Positions 10,401 through 19,896 of a DNA stretch of 64,000 nt are shown piece after piece (the first letter of the stretch is position 1; every line of letters starts with the position of its first letter). Source of the DNA: Myxococcales bacterium (GTDB lineage Bacteria > Myxococcota_A > Polyangia > Polyangiales > Polyangiaceae); contig JAYTOU010000060.1 of NCBI GenBank assembly GCA_043747615.1, positions 64,001 through 128,000 on the forward strand, read 5' to 3'. A program made the translations under genes and the position numbers. The notes under the pieces are model-generated. The model saw nothing but the letters and a program-made list of their open reading frames with translations. It searched no databases and was not told the DNA's origin.

Positions 10401-11999
10401 CGCTGCGCCGTCGGTGGTCGTTCTGTGGTGGCCGCAGGGGGCACCTTGGAAGACGATGCGAGCCTGGGTGAGCTCTCGCTAATCGCTCCCGGGGCGACCG
10501 TCCTCGCCAAGGAGCATTGGGTCGGCTCGCCGGCGGCGCGCATTTCGTCGACCGATGTCGCGCCTTCGTTCGCTCGCCCGAGCAGCTTCGCGCGCGCCTC
10601 CTACGCCATCCTCTACTCGGTGGGCGTTCTCGTTCTGCCGATGTTCGCTCTGACGGCAATGCTTCCCGGGCTCCTGCTCCTCGATCACCTGCGCTCGGAA
10701 GGCTTGCTCGCGCTCCTCGCATCTCCAGTCGTCGCCTTGAGCTTCGTGATTCTCCTCTGCCTCGAGATCGCGGCAACGAAGTGGCTCGTTCTCGGCAAGG
10801 TGCAGCCAGGCCGGTTCGAGGTGTTCAGCGGTCTCTACGCTCGCAAGTGGTACTTCGACAAGGTAATGGGGCTGAGCCTCGACTTCCTCGGCAGTCTGTA
10901 CGCCACGCTCTATCTCAATCCCTGGTACCGCCTGCTCGGCGTGCGCCTGGGGAAAAATGCGGAGGTGTCTACAGCCTCCGGTATCGTTCCCGATCTCCTC
11001 GAAATTGAAGCCGACGCTTTCATCGCGGATTGCGTGTCCCTGGGTGCGCCGCGGATCGCCCGAGGATATGTCGAACTGGATCGCACGAAGGTCGGAACCC
11101 GCTCCTTCATCGGCAACAGCGCGGTCGTTCTGCCCGGCTGCAGCGTCGGCGAAGACTGCTTGGTTGGATGCCTCACCGGGCTACCACCGGGCGCCACACC
11201 CGCGACGGCGTCCTCCTGGTTTGGCTCGCCGGCGGTCCGATTGCCCAAGCGACAGGCGAGCACGCCGTTCCCTTCGGAGGCAACTTACCGCCCCACACGC
11301 AACCTCGTCGCGCAGCGCGCGGCCATCGAGCTCGTGCGTGTCCTCCTGCCAACCACGACCTTCGTCGTGAGCGGCTCGGCGCTCCTCGGTGTGGCCTTGC
11401 GACTCATCGATAGCGCGTCGATCCCCGTGTTCCTCGCCTCGTTTCCGCTGCTGTACCTCTGCGTCGCGGTGCTCTCCGCGCTTTTCGTCATCGCTCTGAA
11501 GTGGGCGCTGATGGGTCGCTATTTGCCGACTGAGAAGCCTCTCTGGAGTCGATTCGTGTGGCGGACTGAGCTCGTCTCGGCAATGCAGGAAAACGTCGCC
11601 GACGCTTTCTTGAACGATAGCCTGAAAGGCACTCCGTTCCTCGCGTGGTTCTTCCGGGCAATGGGCACCAAGATTGGTCGGCGCGTGTACTTGGGCACTA
11701 CGCACCTCACCGAGCACGACCTCGTGCAGATCGGAGATGGTGCGTCTCTAAACGACGCCTGCACGCTCCAGACACACCTCTTCGAAGACCGTGTGATGAA
11801 AATGTCCACGGTCCAAGTCGACGCTCGCTGCGTCGTCGGCAGCCAAGCGGTGTTGCTCCCAGGCGCGCGCATGGAGCAGGGCTCCGTGTTGGGGGAGCTC
11901 TCGCTACTGATGAAAGGCGAAACGCTGCCTGCCTGGAGCGGCTGGGTAGGAAGCCCCGCCACCGCGACGATCCCCGCGCGACAGCGGCCTTGCAAATGA
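7500..11999 (+). CDS. Pls/PosA-family membrane-bound NRPS-like poly(amino acid) synthetase (partial C, A, T, TM pairs with hexapeptide-repeat domains)
   Basis: A-domain motifs YVIYTSGSTGTPKG, NTYGPTE, LYRTGD, QVKLRGFRIE, SGKVDK; T-domain FFLDLGGHSL; three repeats of KW.V.GR..P/GRY.LWS..Y..WW followed by acetyltransferase-like hexapeptide repeats; QTHLFEDRVMK and LLMKGE..P..W.GSPA terminal motifs. Confidence 0.93.
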   Translation: MTMQTEALSRVDRQRRHHTTHVDASTVRALSATAILIYRYTRESVVWLSVTGSSKAGPRSISVRLSDDTVISTVIAQVGRLLRATPDPPVFPIPGEVRVTWSERSVDGVAPEGPFLSLTIDRASLGVRVEQSSHRGLVAGSNPLRQVARHFACVVGAVRETRGSRIADAPLLDAAELHRVTEIWSRGEVRPELAEPGLLHELFEHHASATPDKLAVVCGATKVSYGDLNGRAEMVARRLRSLGLGRGSLVAFQLPRSELVYETLLGILKAGAAYVPLDPECPPDRVCQILSDCRAAALLIVGEPADAIAASPFPVVRLDTCPNEPRPEFPQAPCPAKPSDVSYVIYTSGSTGTPKGVAIEHRSARHLVRAEQHLFGIRPSDRVFQGFSIAFDAAVEEVWLAFAAGATLVVGTTDVMRSDLARYLTDEKITVFSTVPTLLATLPGELPTVRLLIVGGETCPDDLAKRWSTPTRRMFNTYGPTEATVIATYVELDPHRPVTIGRPIPNYATYILDQAGHPVAMGLSGELFIGGVGLARGYLHNDEQTSARFVPGPSGNGCDPSGRLYRTGDRARFTESGEIEFLGRFDDQVKLRGFRIEPREIETALLDCEGIAQAVAIVREVTPGQKQLVAYVVAHGHAEPSLDGIKKKLRARLPPYMVPAHIVLLDRFPTLTSGKVDKRLLPEPHAPARKALEPTAGRDPLELTIASAWAVLFSVPSVMPHDDFFLDLGGHSLAAAQMVSTLRREPALESLSVLDVYKHSTPSLLARRLRQTSADAALAHVETPAASADRPAVSTWRFWACGAAQGLALYLVCGLQAMQSLAPYLSFVWMRHAHFNEPRALLASVAVILGTTPIMLLASIAIKWLVIGRYRAGRYPLWSSYYFRWWLVDRVLAVAPLAHLAGTPLLNLYCRLMGARIGKNVLLASESLATFDLLSIGDDSTVGFESTLWGHTVEDGMLILGPIKIGARCAVGGRSVVAAGGTLEDDASLGELSLIAPGATVLAKEHWVGSPAARISSTDVAPSFARPSSFARASYAILYSVGVLVLPMFALTAMLPGLLLLDHLRSEGLLALLASPVVALSFVILLCLEIAATKWLVLGKVQPGRFEVFSGLYARKWYFDKVMGLSLDFLGSLYATLYLNPWYRLLGVRLGKNAEVSTASGIVPDLLEIEADAFIADCVSLGAPRIARGYVELDRTKVGTRSFIGNSAVVLPGCSVGEDCLVGCLTGLPPGATPATASSWFGSPAVRLPKRQASTPFPSEATYRPTRNLVAQRAAIELVRVLLPTTTFVVSGSALLGVALRLIDSASIPVFLASFPLLYLCVAVLSALFVIALKWALMGRYLPTEKPLWSRFVWRTELVSAMQENVADAFLNDSLKGTPFLAWFFRAMGTKIGRRVYLGTTHLTEHDLVQIGDGASLNDACTLQTHLFEDRVMKMSTVQVDARCVVGSQAVLLPGARMEQGSVLGELSLLMKGETLPAWSGWVGSPATATIPARQRPCK

Positions 12000-12853
12000 C
12001 CTTCCTCCGCATCGAGTCGCGGCGCGCCATCATCGTCGCCCTGTTCACGCTTGCGCCGGCGCGGGCTCACGCGGCAGGTACGATGCCCGCGAAGACCGCG
12101 TCTCACGAAGTCGAAGAGCAAGACACCGATAATGAGCAGGGGGACGACGCGTCAGCAACATCGGTTGGTGCGGAGGTTGATGCGGCCACGCGCTTCGTCT
12201 GGAGGGGAATCGCCCAGAGCCGCGGGTCGGTCGCCCAGCCTTCGATTTGGGCCTCGGCTAAGGGATTGAGCGCCTCGGTTTGGGCGAACGTCGTGCTCAA
12301 CGACGAGGAAAGCAGCGCCCCGCGTCCCGCACGCGCGCGGTCCACGCCGAAGGCTCGAACCTGGGTGAGCGCTGTCGTGCCGGCCGTCACGTACACCTAT
12401 GCGTGGCGAGCGCTTAGGGTCGAGCCCGGCGCATCCGTCTACGTGAATCCAAGCGGAGTCGCCGCCCAGACCACGGCAGAAACCTCGTTGAACGTGGCGT
12501 GCGTACTCGGCTCTCTGGCCTTCGTGAGCCGCAACAACGTAGACGTAGGGGCATACGCCGGTGCCTACTTCGGAACGATCGGCGCGGACTACGAGCGCTC
12601 GTCCCGCAAGCTGACCATCAAGACATTCGTCGATCTCGGCTGGGCGACGAAGAAATTCAACGAGGCCTACCTGCACACGTCGAGGGTGGCTCTGAACGTC
12701 GTGGAGGCCGGCCTCTCCGCCCGGTACGACGTCAGCGATGCGTTTTACGTCATGCCCCATACGGAAGTGAGCGCCTTGCTCCTGGCGTCAGCGCTGGCTC
12801 CTCGAGAGCGCGTTCTCATCAACGGCGGCGCCGCGCTCGGCGTGGAGTTTTGA
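11996..12853 (+). CDS. TorF/gcw_chp-like outer-membrane beta-barrel
   Basis: ATG at 11996 overlaps the Pls stop (ATGA); signal peptide ending ARAHA; ATRFVWRGIAQS..SVAQP motif; C-terminal LGVEF. Confidence 0.72.
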   Translation: MTFLRIESRRAIIVALFTLAPARAHAAGTMPAKTASHEVEEQDTDNEQGDDASATSVGAEVDAATRFVWRGIAQSRGSVAQPSIWASAKGLSASVWANVVLNDEESSAPRPARARSTPKARTWVSAVVPAVTYTYAWRALRVEPGASVYVNPSGVAAQTTAETSLNVACVLGSLAFVSRNNVDVGAYAGAYFGTIGADYERSSRKLTIKTFVDLGWATKKFNEAYLHTSRVALNVVEAGLSARYDVSDAFYVMPHTEVSALLLASALAPRERVLINGGAALGVEF

Positions 12854-12885
12854 AGGCGCACGTGCTGGCCACGACGGCGTCGGCG

Positions 12886-13941
12886 TCAGGGGCTGTCGTA
12901 GCGCCACACGTGGGCAATTTTTCCGTCGCGCATCTGGACCACGTCGGTCACGGCTATCTTGAGCATCGTGTCGCGCTGAAGCGGAATCCGGCCGATCGCC
13001 GCCGTCTGTCGGCCCGCAATCGAGTACTCGACGATGACGAAATCTCGTATCCCCCATGCGGTCTCGATCGAAACGTCGAGCAGGCCGATGGCCTTGCGCA
13101 TCGCGTTGAAGTAGGTCGCCGCGCCCCCCTTGCCACGCAAGGCCTCTTGCTGCTCGAGGGTGCTCACGACGACGTCGTCGGTCATCCTTCCGAGGTAGGC
13201 GGCCTCGTCGTTCTTCTCGAGTCCCTCGAGCGCCGCACGAACCAGCGCCACGTTGGCGTCCTCGTCTGCGGTGCCCGCTTGCTCGTGCTCGGCGGTCGCG
13301 GTCGCGGTCGCGGTCGATGGCAGAGCCGCAGAGCGTCCGAGGAGATCCTTTGGACGCACGGCGAGCTGCGCCTTCACGACCGATTCGTCGAAATAAACGT
13401 GGATGTCGGAGATCGAGCCGTCGTCTTTCGTCCACAGCAGCGTCAGCCCCTTGATCGTGACGGGCTTTCGCGTGGCCTTGATTCCCATCCATTCGCGGGC
13501 GTGAATGCCCGTCATCGTCCACTCGAGGGCGTGCGAGCTGTCCGTGAGCCAGATGCGGCTCGTCGAGAACGCGCGCTCGTCGAACGCACCGAAGAGCGCA
13601 TCGTGCGCCTTAACGACCCGCTCGCGTCCGTGCGCATCTCCCTCTTTGCCCGCGAACGCGAAATGGGCCTCTTCATCGAGCGCCGCCCCGAGCGCGACGA
13701 ATCCTTGCGACGCGAGCGCGATTGTATACGTGGCCGCGACTGCGCGTTCTTTGTCCGTGGCCTTCGTCTTCCCCGCGTCCGGGACGGGCCGGGGCTGAAG
13801 GAAGTGCCAGTTCACGGGAGGGGGCGGCGGCTGCGCGACCGTTTCGCTCGCGCACGCGGCGACGAAAAACGACAGGATGAGAGCCAACCGAGTGAGCGGC
13901 GATCTCCCGCAGTTTTTCACGGATCCAAAAGCGGTTTGCAT
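12886..13941 (-). CDS. Lipoprotein with two SnoaL/NTF2-like (ester cyclase) domains
   Basis: Lipobox FVAAC; LEWTMTGIH..EWMGIKATRKPV; second domain DANVALVRA...DVVQMRDGKIAHVWRY. Start chosen just after the upstream stop. Confidence 0.78.
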   Translation of the reverse strand: MQTAFGSVKNCGRSPLTRLALILSFFVAACASETVAQPPPPPVNWHFLQPRPVPDAGKTKATDKERAVAATYTIALASQGFVALGAALDEEAHFAFAGKEGDAHGRERVVKAHDALFGAFDERAFSTSRIWLTDSSHALEWTMTGIHAREWMGIKATRKPVTIKGLTLLWTKDDGSISDIHVYFDESVVKAQLAVRPKDLLGRSAALPSTATATATAEHEQAGTADEDANVALVRAALEGLEKNDEAAYLGRMTDDVVVSTLEQQEALRGKGGAATYFNAMRKAIGLLDVSIETAWGIRDFVIVEYSIAGRQTAAIGRIPLQRDTMLKIAVTDVVQMRDGKIAHVWRYDSP

Positions 13942-13945
13942 CTTC

Positions 13946-14572
13946 TTAGAACGCCCATCCGACAGAAGCGAGCACGCGCGGGCGGAGGCCGCTGTTCGCG
14001 TAGATCCGCGCTGGGAATTGCTGGTCAGGAATGGACTTTGTGGTCGCCACGTACTGAAGGCCGCCGCCGAGGCTGAGCGCAACGTTGTCGGCAATGAGGA
14101 CCTCATACCCCGCGTCGGCCGCTACCCCAACGTCGAAGAAATGCGTCTTGCTGGCGTCGGCTGCCGTCGCCGTGAACGACGCGAGAATCAGCGACGGGCC
14201 TACGAAGAACCCGCGCGGTCCGCCTTCACCGAAGTAGTAGCGGTACCCAATCTCGCCGCCAAAGCCCTTGAACTTTTGCTCGGGGAGCTGGGTGGGCGTT
14301 CCGGCGTCATCGAAGATGTAGATTGGAGCCGTGCTCGTCCACGCGTAGAACGGGCTCAGCACGAGCGCGTGATGATCGACGGGAACGAAGACGACGTTGG
14401 CGCTCAGCTTCCCGATGGTAAAGAGCGGCAAAGGATTCCACTCGATCGCGAGGATCCGCCGACTATGCGGTGCATCGTGGATGACGACGTCGACGGGCGG
14501 CGGAGGCTCGGCGACGGCGGCGCGTGAGCTCAGAAGCGTGGCAACCAACGCGCCCATCCAGAAGCGATTCAT
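13946..14572 (-). CDS. Small outer-membrane beta-barrel (DUF3575-like)
   Basis: Signal peptide MNRFWMGALVATLL, IEWNPL, GGEIGYRYYF..GPRGFFVGP, C-terminal VGWAF. Confidence 0.72.
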   Translation of the reverse strand: MNRFWMGALVATLLSSRAAVAEPPPPVDVVIHDAPHSRRILAIEWNPLPLFTIGKLSANVVFVPVDHHALVLSPFYAWTSTAPIYIFDDAGTPTQLPEQKFKGFGGEIGYRYYFGEGGPRGFFVGPSLILASFTATAADASKTHFFDVGVAADAGYEVLIADNVALSLGGGLQYVATTKSIPDQQFPARIYANSGLRPRVLASVGWAF

Positions 14573-14931
14573 CGCGCGCGGTCCTTCCGGCGCTGCATCT
14601 GGCGGGCAATTCCCAAGGCAACCACCAGTCCGGAGATCGCGAGCGCAGGCGCAGTCGGTTCGATCGGCGAAGCTTTGGCGATACCGCACGTCGCGCTGTT
14701 CGTCGTGTCGCACAGCGCACCGCCGCACGCGACCGCAACCATCGGGGCGGCATCCGGCGCCGCGTCGTCATCCATCGCGCCGGCATCCATTGCACCGGCA
14801 TCCATCGCGCCGGCATCCATAGCACCGGCATCCGTGGCCCCGCCGTCTCCCGCGTCAGCGGCCACTGCAGGCGGCGACGCCAGAAGAACGAGCACGAGCA
14901 CCGTCAAGGCAAGGTTCATGAAGCGCGGCAT
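14569..14931 (-). CDS. Small exported protein with DAGAM repeats and a C-terminal TM/basic tail (MYXO-CTERM-like anchor)
   Basis: Signal peptide, (DAGAM)x4, three Cys, hydrophobic helix then RRKDR; overlaps both neighbours. Confidence 0.65.
   Translation of the reverse strand: MPRFMNLALTVLVLVLLASPPAVAADAGDGGATDAGAMDAGAMDAGAMDAGAMDDDAAPDAAPMVAVACGGALCDTTNSATCGIAKASPIEPTAPALAISGLVVALGIARQMQRRKDRAR
14771..14832. repeat. 15-bp tandem repeat, about 4 copies, encoding DAGAM
   Basis: TCCATNGCRCCGGCA repeated on the + strand. Confidence 0.8.
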
Positions 14932-16373
14932 CAGTGCAGATCCATCGCGGTCGCCGCCTCGAGCTGATAGACCGCCGTCCAATAGCTCGCCAGATCGCCG
15001 AAGTACTCTACTTTGGTCGCGATGTACGTGCGGTACGCGTCGAGGTAGTCGGTGAGGTTCGCGGCTCCCTTTTCGTACTGCAACGCGACGACCTCGAACG
15101 CGCCCTTCGCGCTTTGGAGCAGCCCGCCACCTTCGCGCCGCGGTCCCTCCATGCGCTCCACGAGCCTTCGCGTCGCAACGACGCCAGCGAGGGACGCCGA
15201 CACGTCATTCACGACTTGACCCGTGAGCTTCGCTTGGAGGAGCGCGTTGAGATCGTGGTTCGCTTCGGCCTGACGAATCTCGCCCTGGAGTTGGTAGAAC
15301 ACGGGCAGTGGCGCGGAGAGCGAGAGGGTAGCGGTGGGTGCTTGGATCGGTCCGTTGGTCGATACGCCGCCGTATCCTCCCCATGCGTAGTTCAGTCCCA
15401 GCGTGATGTCCGGGAATCTCTGGCGTTTCGTGAGGTCGACCTGGGCTTGAGTAGACGCCACGTGATACCCCGCCGCGATGAGATCGGGCCGATGGTCGAA
15501 AGCGGTGCGGAGCAGCCGAGCGGCCGTCGCGTCCTTGAGCGCGTCGGGGACCGAAAAATCGAGGATCTTGGCGTCTACGTCGAAGTCGAGGACCTCGCCG
15601 CGCACGCCCAAGAGGAACGCAAGCGCAACGCGTGCCTCCCTCAGCGCATAGTTCGCGTTCTCCACGGCCTGTTCGGACTCGAGCTTTTGCGTTTCGATGC
15701 GCTGAAGATCGCCCTCGTTGATCGCACCCGCCGCGTAGCGCGCTTGGAATTTTTTCAGGGTGGTCACGTTCGACGAAGCCACCTCTTTCGCGAAGCCATA
15801 CGCGAGCACGGCCTGCGCCATCTGGACGTACGCGGACTTCACTTGAAACGCGATGGTGCGTTCCGCATCCACGCGCGACATCTTTGCTGCGGCGAGCGCA
15901 TTGCGCGCCACCTTCAGGCGCAAGCTTCGTTTGCCGGAGAGCGTATCCTCGATGGCCGCGGAGTCGGAGATCCCCACGCTGTAGATCCACGGGGAGCACT
16001 GTGAGCCGTTCACGAGGCAGTCTGCCTTGCTGTGGTTACCGTTATTGTAGGTAAAGGCATTTCCCACGCTGGTGCTCGCCAATGGATTGGGGATAGCGCC
16101 CGCGATCTTGACCGCACCCTCGGCGTTCCTCATGGAAGCGTCTGCGATCAACAAGTCGAGACCCCGCGTGCGAAAAATGCGGAGTGCCTCGGTGAGTGAA
16201 AGAGTCTGCGGCACATCGGTGCCGGCGGGAACGACGCTCTCGGCGAGCGCATTTTTTTCCGCAACGACGGACGACGCGAAGCAAACGAACGAGCCGAGGG
16301 CGAGGAGACGCACTGCGCCGAATAGCTTGGCGACGCTTCCCCAGAAAGTGCTCTTTACGGCTCGTTGTTTCAT
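14931..16373 (-). CDS. TolC/CzcC-family outer-membrane efflux factor
   Basis: LSLTEALR, FQVKSAYVQ, AGAINEGDL, DHRPDL, LQYEKGAANLTDYLDAYRTY; start (MKQRAV) inferred within a longer ORF. Confidence 0.88.
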   Translation of the reverse strand: MKQRAVKSTFWGSVAKLFGAVRLLALGSFVCFASSVVAEKNALAESVVPAGTDVPQTLSLTEALRIFRTRGLDLLIADASMRNAEGAVKIAGAIPNPLASTSVGNAFTYNNGNHSKADCLVNGSQCSPWIYSVGISDSAAIEDTLSGKRSLRLKVARNALAAAKMSRVDAERTIAFQVKSAYVQMAQAVLAYGFAKEVASSNVTTLKKFQARYAAGAINEGDLQRIETQKLESEQAVENANYALREARVALAFLLGVRGEVLDFDVDAKILDFSVPDALKDATAARLLRTAFDHRPDLIAAGYHVASTQAQVDLTKRQRFPDITLGLNYAWGGYGGVSTNGPIQAPTATLSLSAPLPVFYQLQGEIRQAEANHDLNALLQAKLTGQVVNDVSASLAGVVATRRLVERMEGPRREGGGLLQSAKGAFEVVALQYEKGAANLTDYLDAYRTYIATKVEYFGDLASYWTAVYQLEAATAMDLH

Positions 16374-16525
16374 GACGCTGCCGATGGTGGATACGCCGCA
16401 CGATAAGGATTTGCAACGGGTCATGTGCAACGACGAATCGCTTCCAGCTCCCAGGAAAAGTGCACGTTCTGCAACCGCGACCCTGTGCCTCAGCGGACGG
16501 CGGCGGAGTGCGAGATTGTCCCAGT

Positions 16526-19500
16526 TCAGAGCGCTTCCTGATTGCTCGGCAGCGCTTGCTCGGACGGTTTCCGCGTGGCGCGCCTGTCTAGCCAATTGTG
16601 CGCGAGGATAAGCAGCGGCGGCTGACGAATCCGCGAAAGGAGCGCGAGGATGAGCGAACCGCCGATGACGACGATGGCGAGCGGCTTCTGTGTCTGCGAG
16701 CCGATGCCGTTCGAGAGCGCCGCGGGAAGGAGCCCAATGGTCGCGACGAGCGTCGTCATCAAGGCAGGGCGAAAACGCTTCTCGCCCGCGTCCCGGGCAG
16801 CATCTTCCACCGACAGGCCCTCGACGTATCTTAGGCGGCGGAAATAGGTAACGACGAGAATCGCGTCTTGAATGGCAATGCCGAAGATCGAGATGAACCC
16901 CATCGCCGCAGAGACCGAGAAGTTCACCCCCGTCACAATCAGCGCAAAGACGCCGCCCGTGCAGGCGACCGGGATCGACACGAGGACGATCGCGGTGTCC
17001 GTCCAGGTCTTTACGGCGGTGTAGACGAGGAAAGTGATGAGCAAGAGGGTGATGGGAATGATGATCTTGAGCCGCGACATGGCTTCGTTCAGCTCGTTGA
17101 ACTCGCCGCCCCACTCGAGGTGCGAGTCGTACGGAAGGTGAACTTTTTGAGCGATCTTGGCCTGGGCCTCGGTGATGGTCGACGTGAGGTCGCGCCCGCG
17201 AACCGAGAATTTCACGGGAACGTAGCGGCGGCCGTCTTCGCGGAAGATGACGGCGGGGCCGTCTTCCTGACTGATCTTGGCGATCTGCCCGAGCGGTACG
17301 AGCCCACCCTCCGGCGTCGATACCGTGATCTCCCGGATGGCCTCGAGCGAGTTTCGATAGGGCTCGAGCCAGCGCACCGTGAGATCGAAGCGCTTTTCCC
17401 CCTCGAAAACCTGGGTCACCGCCTGCCCGCCGATCGCCATTTGGATGACGGTCTCTACGTCTCCGGTGTTGAGGCCGTAGCGCGCACAGATGGCCCGATC
17501 CGGGACGATGCGCACGTTCGGTTGGCCGAGCGAGTGGAACATCCCGAGATCTTTTACGCCGCGGACGGCGGCCATGGTGTCCACGATGGCTTCGGCGTTT
17601 TTCTCGTTGCCGACGAGATCGTTGCCGAGCACCTTCACCGAATTTTCGCCCTTCACTCCGGAGAGGGCCTCTTCGACGTTGTCGCTGATCAGCTGGGAGA
17701 AGTTGAAAACCACCCCGGGAAAAGCGTCGTTCAGGTCACGTGAAAGGCCTTCGGTGAGCTTTTCTTTCGTCATGCCACGCGGCCATTCGTCGAAAGGCTT
17801 GAGCGGGCAAAAGAACTCGATGTTGTGAAATCCGGAGACGTCGGTTCCGTCGTCCGGGCGCCCGTTCTGGGAGATGACCGTCTCCACTTCGAGGTGGCTT
17901 CGGTTCGCGTCGGTGCACTCGACTTTCGGATCCTTCGGGCAGCCGCGGAGGATGTCGCGTGCGCGGCCCACGTATTTCCCCGACTGGGCGAGCGAGATCG
18001 AGGTCGGGAACGTGGCTCGGATCCAGAGATTTCCCTCCTCGAGCTTGGGCATGAACTCGCCACCGAGGAACGGAAAGAGCGCCACGCACGCGAGCGCAAG
18101 ACCTGCCGTCAGGAAGAGGCCGCTCCGCGGTCGTCGCAGCGTGGCCTCGGTGAAGGGGCGATAGACCCGGTGGAGAAAGCGCATCAGCGCGTTTTCTTTT
18201 TCTTCTTCCTGAGCGGGAATGAAGCGGTTCGCGAGGACGGGGGTCAGGGTCAACGCCATGAACACCGCGCCGCCGATCGCGAACGCGTAGGTGTGGGCCA
18301 TCGGCGAGAAGATGACTCCCGAGACGCCGGTCATCGTGAAGAGCGGCAAAAAAGCCACGCCGATAATGATGGTGGAGAACATCATCGGCCCGCCGACCTC
18401 GCTTGCTGCGGCGATGATCCGGTCCCGCATGCTTCCCTTGCCGTGCGGCCCGAGGTGACGGAAAATATTTTCCATCATGATGACCGTAGAATCGACGACG
18501 ATCCCGAAGTCCACCGCGCCGAGCGAGATGAGATTGGCCGAGGTGTGCGTGCCGACCATTCCCGAGAACGCGATGAGGAGGGCAATCGGGATGTTGAGCG
18601 CGGTGATGATCGCCGCCTTGAAGTGACCAAGAAATAGGAGGAGCACCAAGGCCACGAGAAACATTCCGACGATGAGGTTCTCGAGGACCGTGTGCGTGGT
18701 CAGGGCGACCAACTTACCGCGGTCGTAGTACGGGACGATCTCCATGCCCGGTGGCAGGAGACGGAAGTCGCGGATGTGGTCCAAGCGCTTGTGGATGCCC
18801 TCGAGCGTCGATGGCGTCTCGCCGCCGTAACGCATGAGCACGATGCCCTCGACCACGTCGGGATCGTTGTCGTGACCCACCCGCCCGAGGCGCGGCGCAG
18901 CTCCGGTCTTCGTCTCGGCCACGTCGCGGACGCGCACGGGGGTGCCGTTCTTCTCGGCGATCACGACCTCGTCGATGTCTCGCGTCCCCTTGAGGAGCCC
19001 GATACCGCGAACGTTGTACGACTGCTCTCCGACGATCAGCCGTTGGCCGCCGACGTTTTGGTTGGCGTTTCCGATCGCGTCCGTCAGCTGCTGGAGCGTG
19101 ACGTTCTGCCCGTGCATTCGGTACGGATCGACGCCCACCTGGTACTGCTTGGTCTCGCCGCCGAAGCTGGTGACGTCGATCACGCCGGGCACTTGTTTGA
19201 ACTGGCGCTCGAGGATCCAATCCTGAGCGGCCTTGAGATCGCTCAGCGAATACCCCTTACCTTTGAGGGTATATCGGAACACCTCGCCAATCGCGTTCCA
19301 CGGCGAGAGCTGGGGCTGCACACCCTTTGGAAGCTGAATGAACTGGAGGCGGTTGATCACCTCCTGGCGCGCAGTCGCGTACTCCGTTCCCCACTTGAAA
19401 TAACATTTCACATCCGACAGGCCGAAGAGCGACTGCGAGCGCACGTGATCGAGCCCGGGGATACCGGCGAGGCCGATCTCGACCGGGATCGTGACGTAGC

Positions 19501-19687
19501 GTTCGACCTCTTCGGCGCTGGCCCCGTCGGGCTGGGTGATGACCTCGACCAGAGGAGGGACCGGATTCGGGTAGGCCTCGATGTCGAGATCGCCGTAGGC
19601 AAAGAGCCCGGCAACGATGATCACCAGCGTAGTGGCGAGCACGATCGCCGGCATTCTCAGCGCAAAACCAACGATTCTCTGGATCAT
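16526..19687 (-). CDS. czcA: CusA/CzcA-family heavy-metal RND permease
   Basis: 1053 aa; IEAYP, EVERYVTIPVE, GAVDFGIVVDSTVIMMENI proton-relay motif, EFMPKLEEG, RFRPALMT, QKPLAIVVIGG. Confidence 0.93.
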   Translation of the reverse strand: MIQRIVGFALRMPAIVLATTLVIIVAGLFAYGDLDIEAYPNPVPPLVEVITQPDGASAEEVERYVTIPVEIGLAGIPGLDHVRSQSLFGLSDVKCYFKWGTEYATARQEVINRLQFIQLPKGVQPQLSPWNAIGEVFRYTLKGKGYSLSDLKAAQDWILERQFKQVPGVIDVTSFGGETKQYQVGVDPYRMHGQNVTLQQLTDAIGNANQNVGGQRLIVGEQSYNVRGIGLLKGTRDIDEVVIAEKNGTPVRVRDVAETKTGAAPRLGRVGHDNDPDVVEGIVLMRYGGETPSTLEGIHKRLDHIRDFRLLPPGMEIVPYYDRGKLVALTTHTVLENLIVGMFLVALVLLLFLGHFKAAIITALNIPIALLIAFSGMVGTHTSANLISLGAVDFGIVVDSTVIMMENIFRHLGPHGKGSMRDRIIAAASEVGGPMMFSTIIIGVAFLPLFTMTGVSGVIFSPMAHTYAFAIGGAVFMALTLTPVLANRFIPAQEEEKENALMRFLHRVYRPFTEATLRRPRSGLFLTAGLALACVALFPFLGGEFMPKLEEGNLWIRATFPTSISLAQSGKYVGRARDILRGCPKDPKVECTDANRSHLEVETVISQNGRPDDGTDVSGFHNIEFFCPLKPFDEWPRGMTKEKLTEGLSRDLNDAFPGVVFNFSQLISDNVEEALSGVKGENSVKVLGNDLVGNEKNAEAIVDTMAAVRGVKDLGMFHSLGQPNVRIVPDRAICARYGLNTGDVETVIQMAIGGQAVTQVFEGEKRFDLTVRWLEPYRNSLEAIREITVSTPEGGLVPLGQIAKISQEDGPAVIFREDGRRYVPVKFSVRGRDLTSTITEAQAKIAQKVHLPYDSHLEWGGEFNELNEAMSRLKIIIPITLLLITFLVYTAVKTWTDTAIVLVSIPVACTGGVFALIVTGVNFSVSAAMGFISIFGIAIQDAILVVTYFRRLRYVEGLSVEDAARDAGEKRFRPALMTTLVATIGLLPAALSNGIGSQTQKPLAIVVIGGSLILALLSRIRQPPLLILAHNWLDRRATRKPSEQALPSNQEAL

Positions 19688-19828
19688 GTGCGTGGGGCTC
19701 GGCCGGGCACGGTAGCAAGCTCATCGACCTCGCGAAAGCGGGACACGTTTGAGCGTCGACGCGCCCGGGATCGGGACACCATGCCGCGCGGCTCCGTCCC
19801 GATCGCTGCAACCACGCATTGGTAGGCC

Positions 19829-19844
19829 TGGTTCAGGGTTTGCT
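19829..19844 (+). promoter_or_regulatory. sigma54-like promoter upstream of the RND adaptor
   Basis: TGGTTCAGGGTTTGCT: GG-N10-GC with TTGCT, about 50 bp before the ATG. Confidence 0.5.
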
Positions 19845-19896
19845 ATAAGCGGCGGGCACTTGTTTCTCCTCCGAGGCACGGAAGGCTCCAAAGAAA

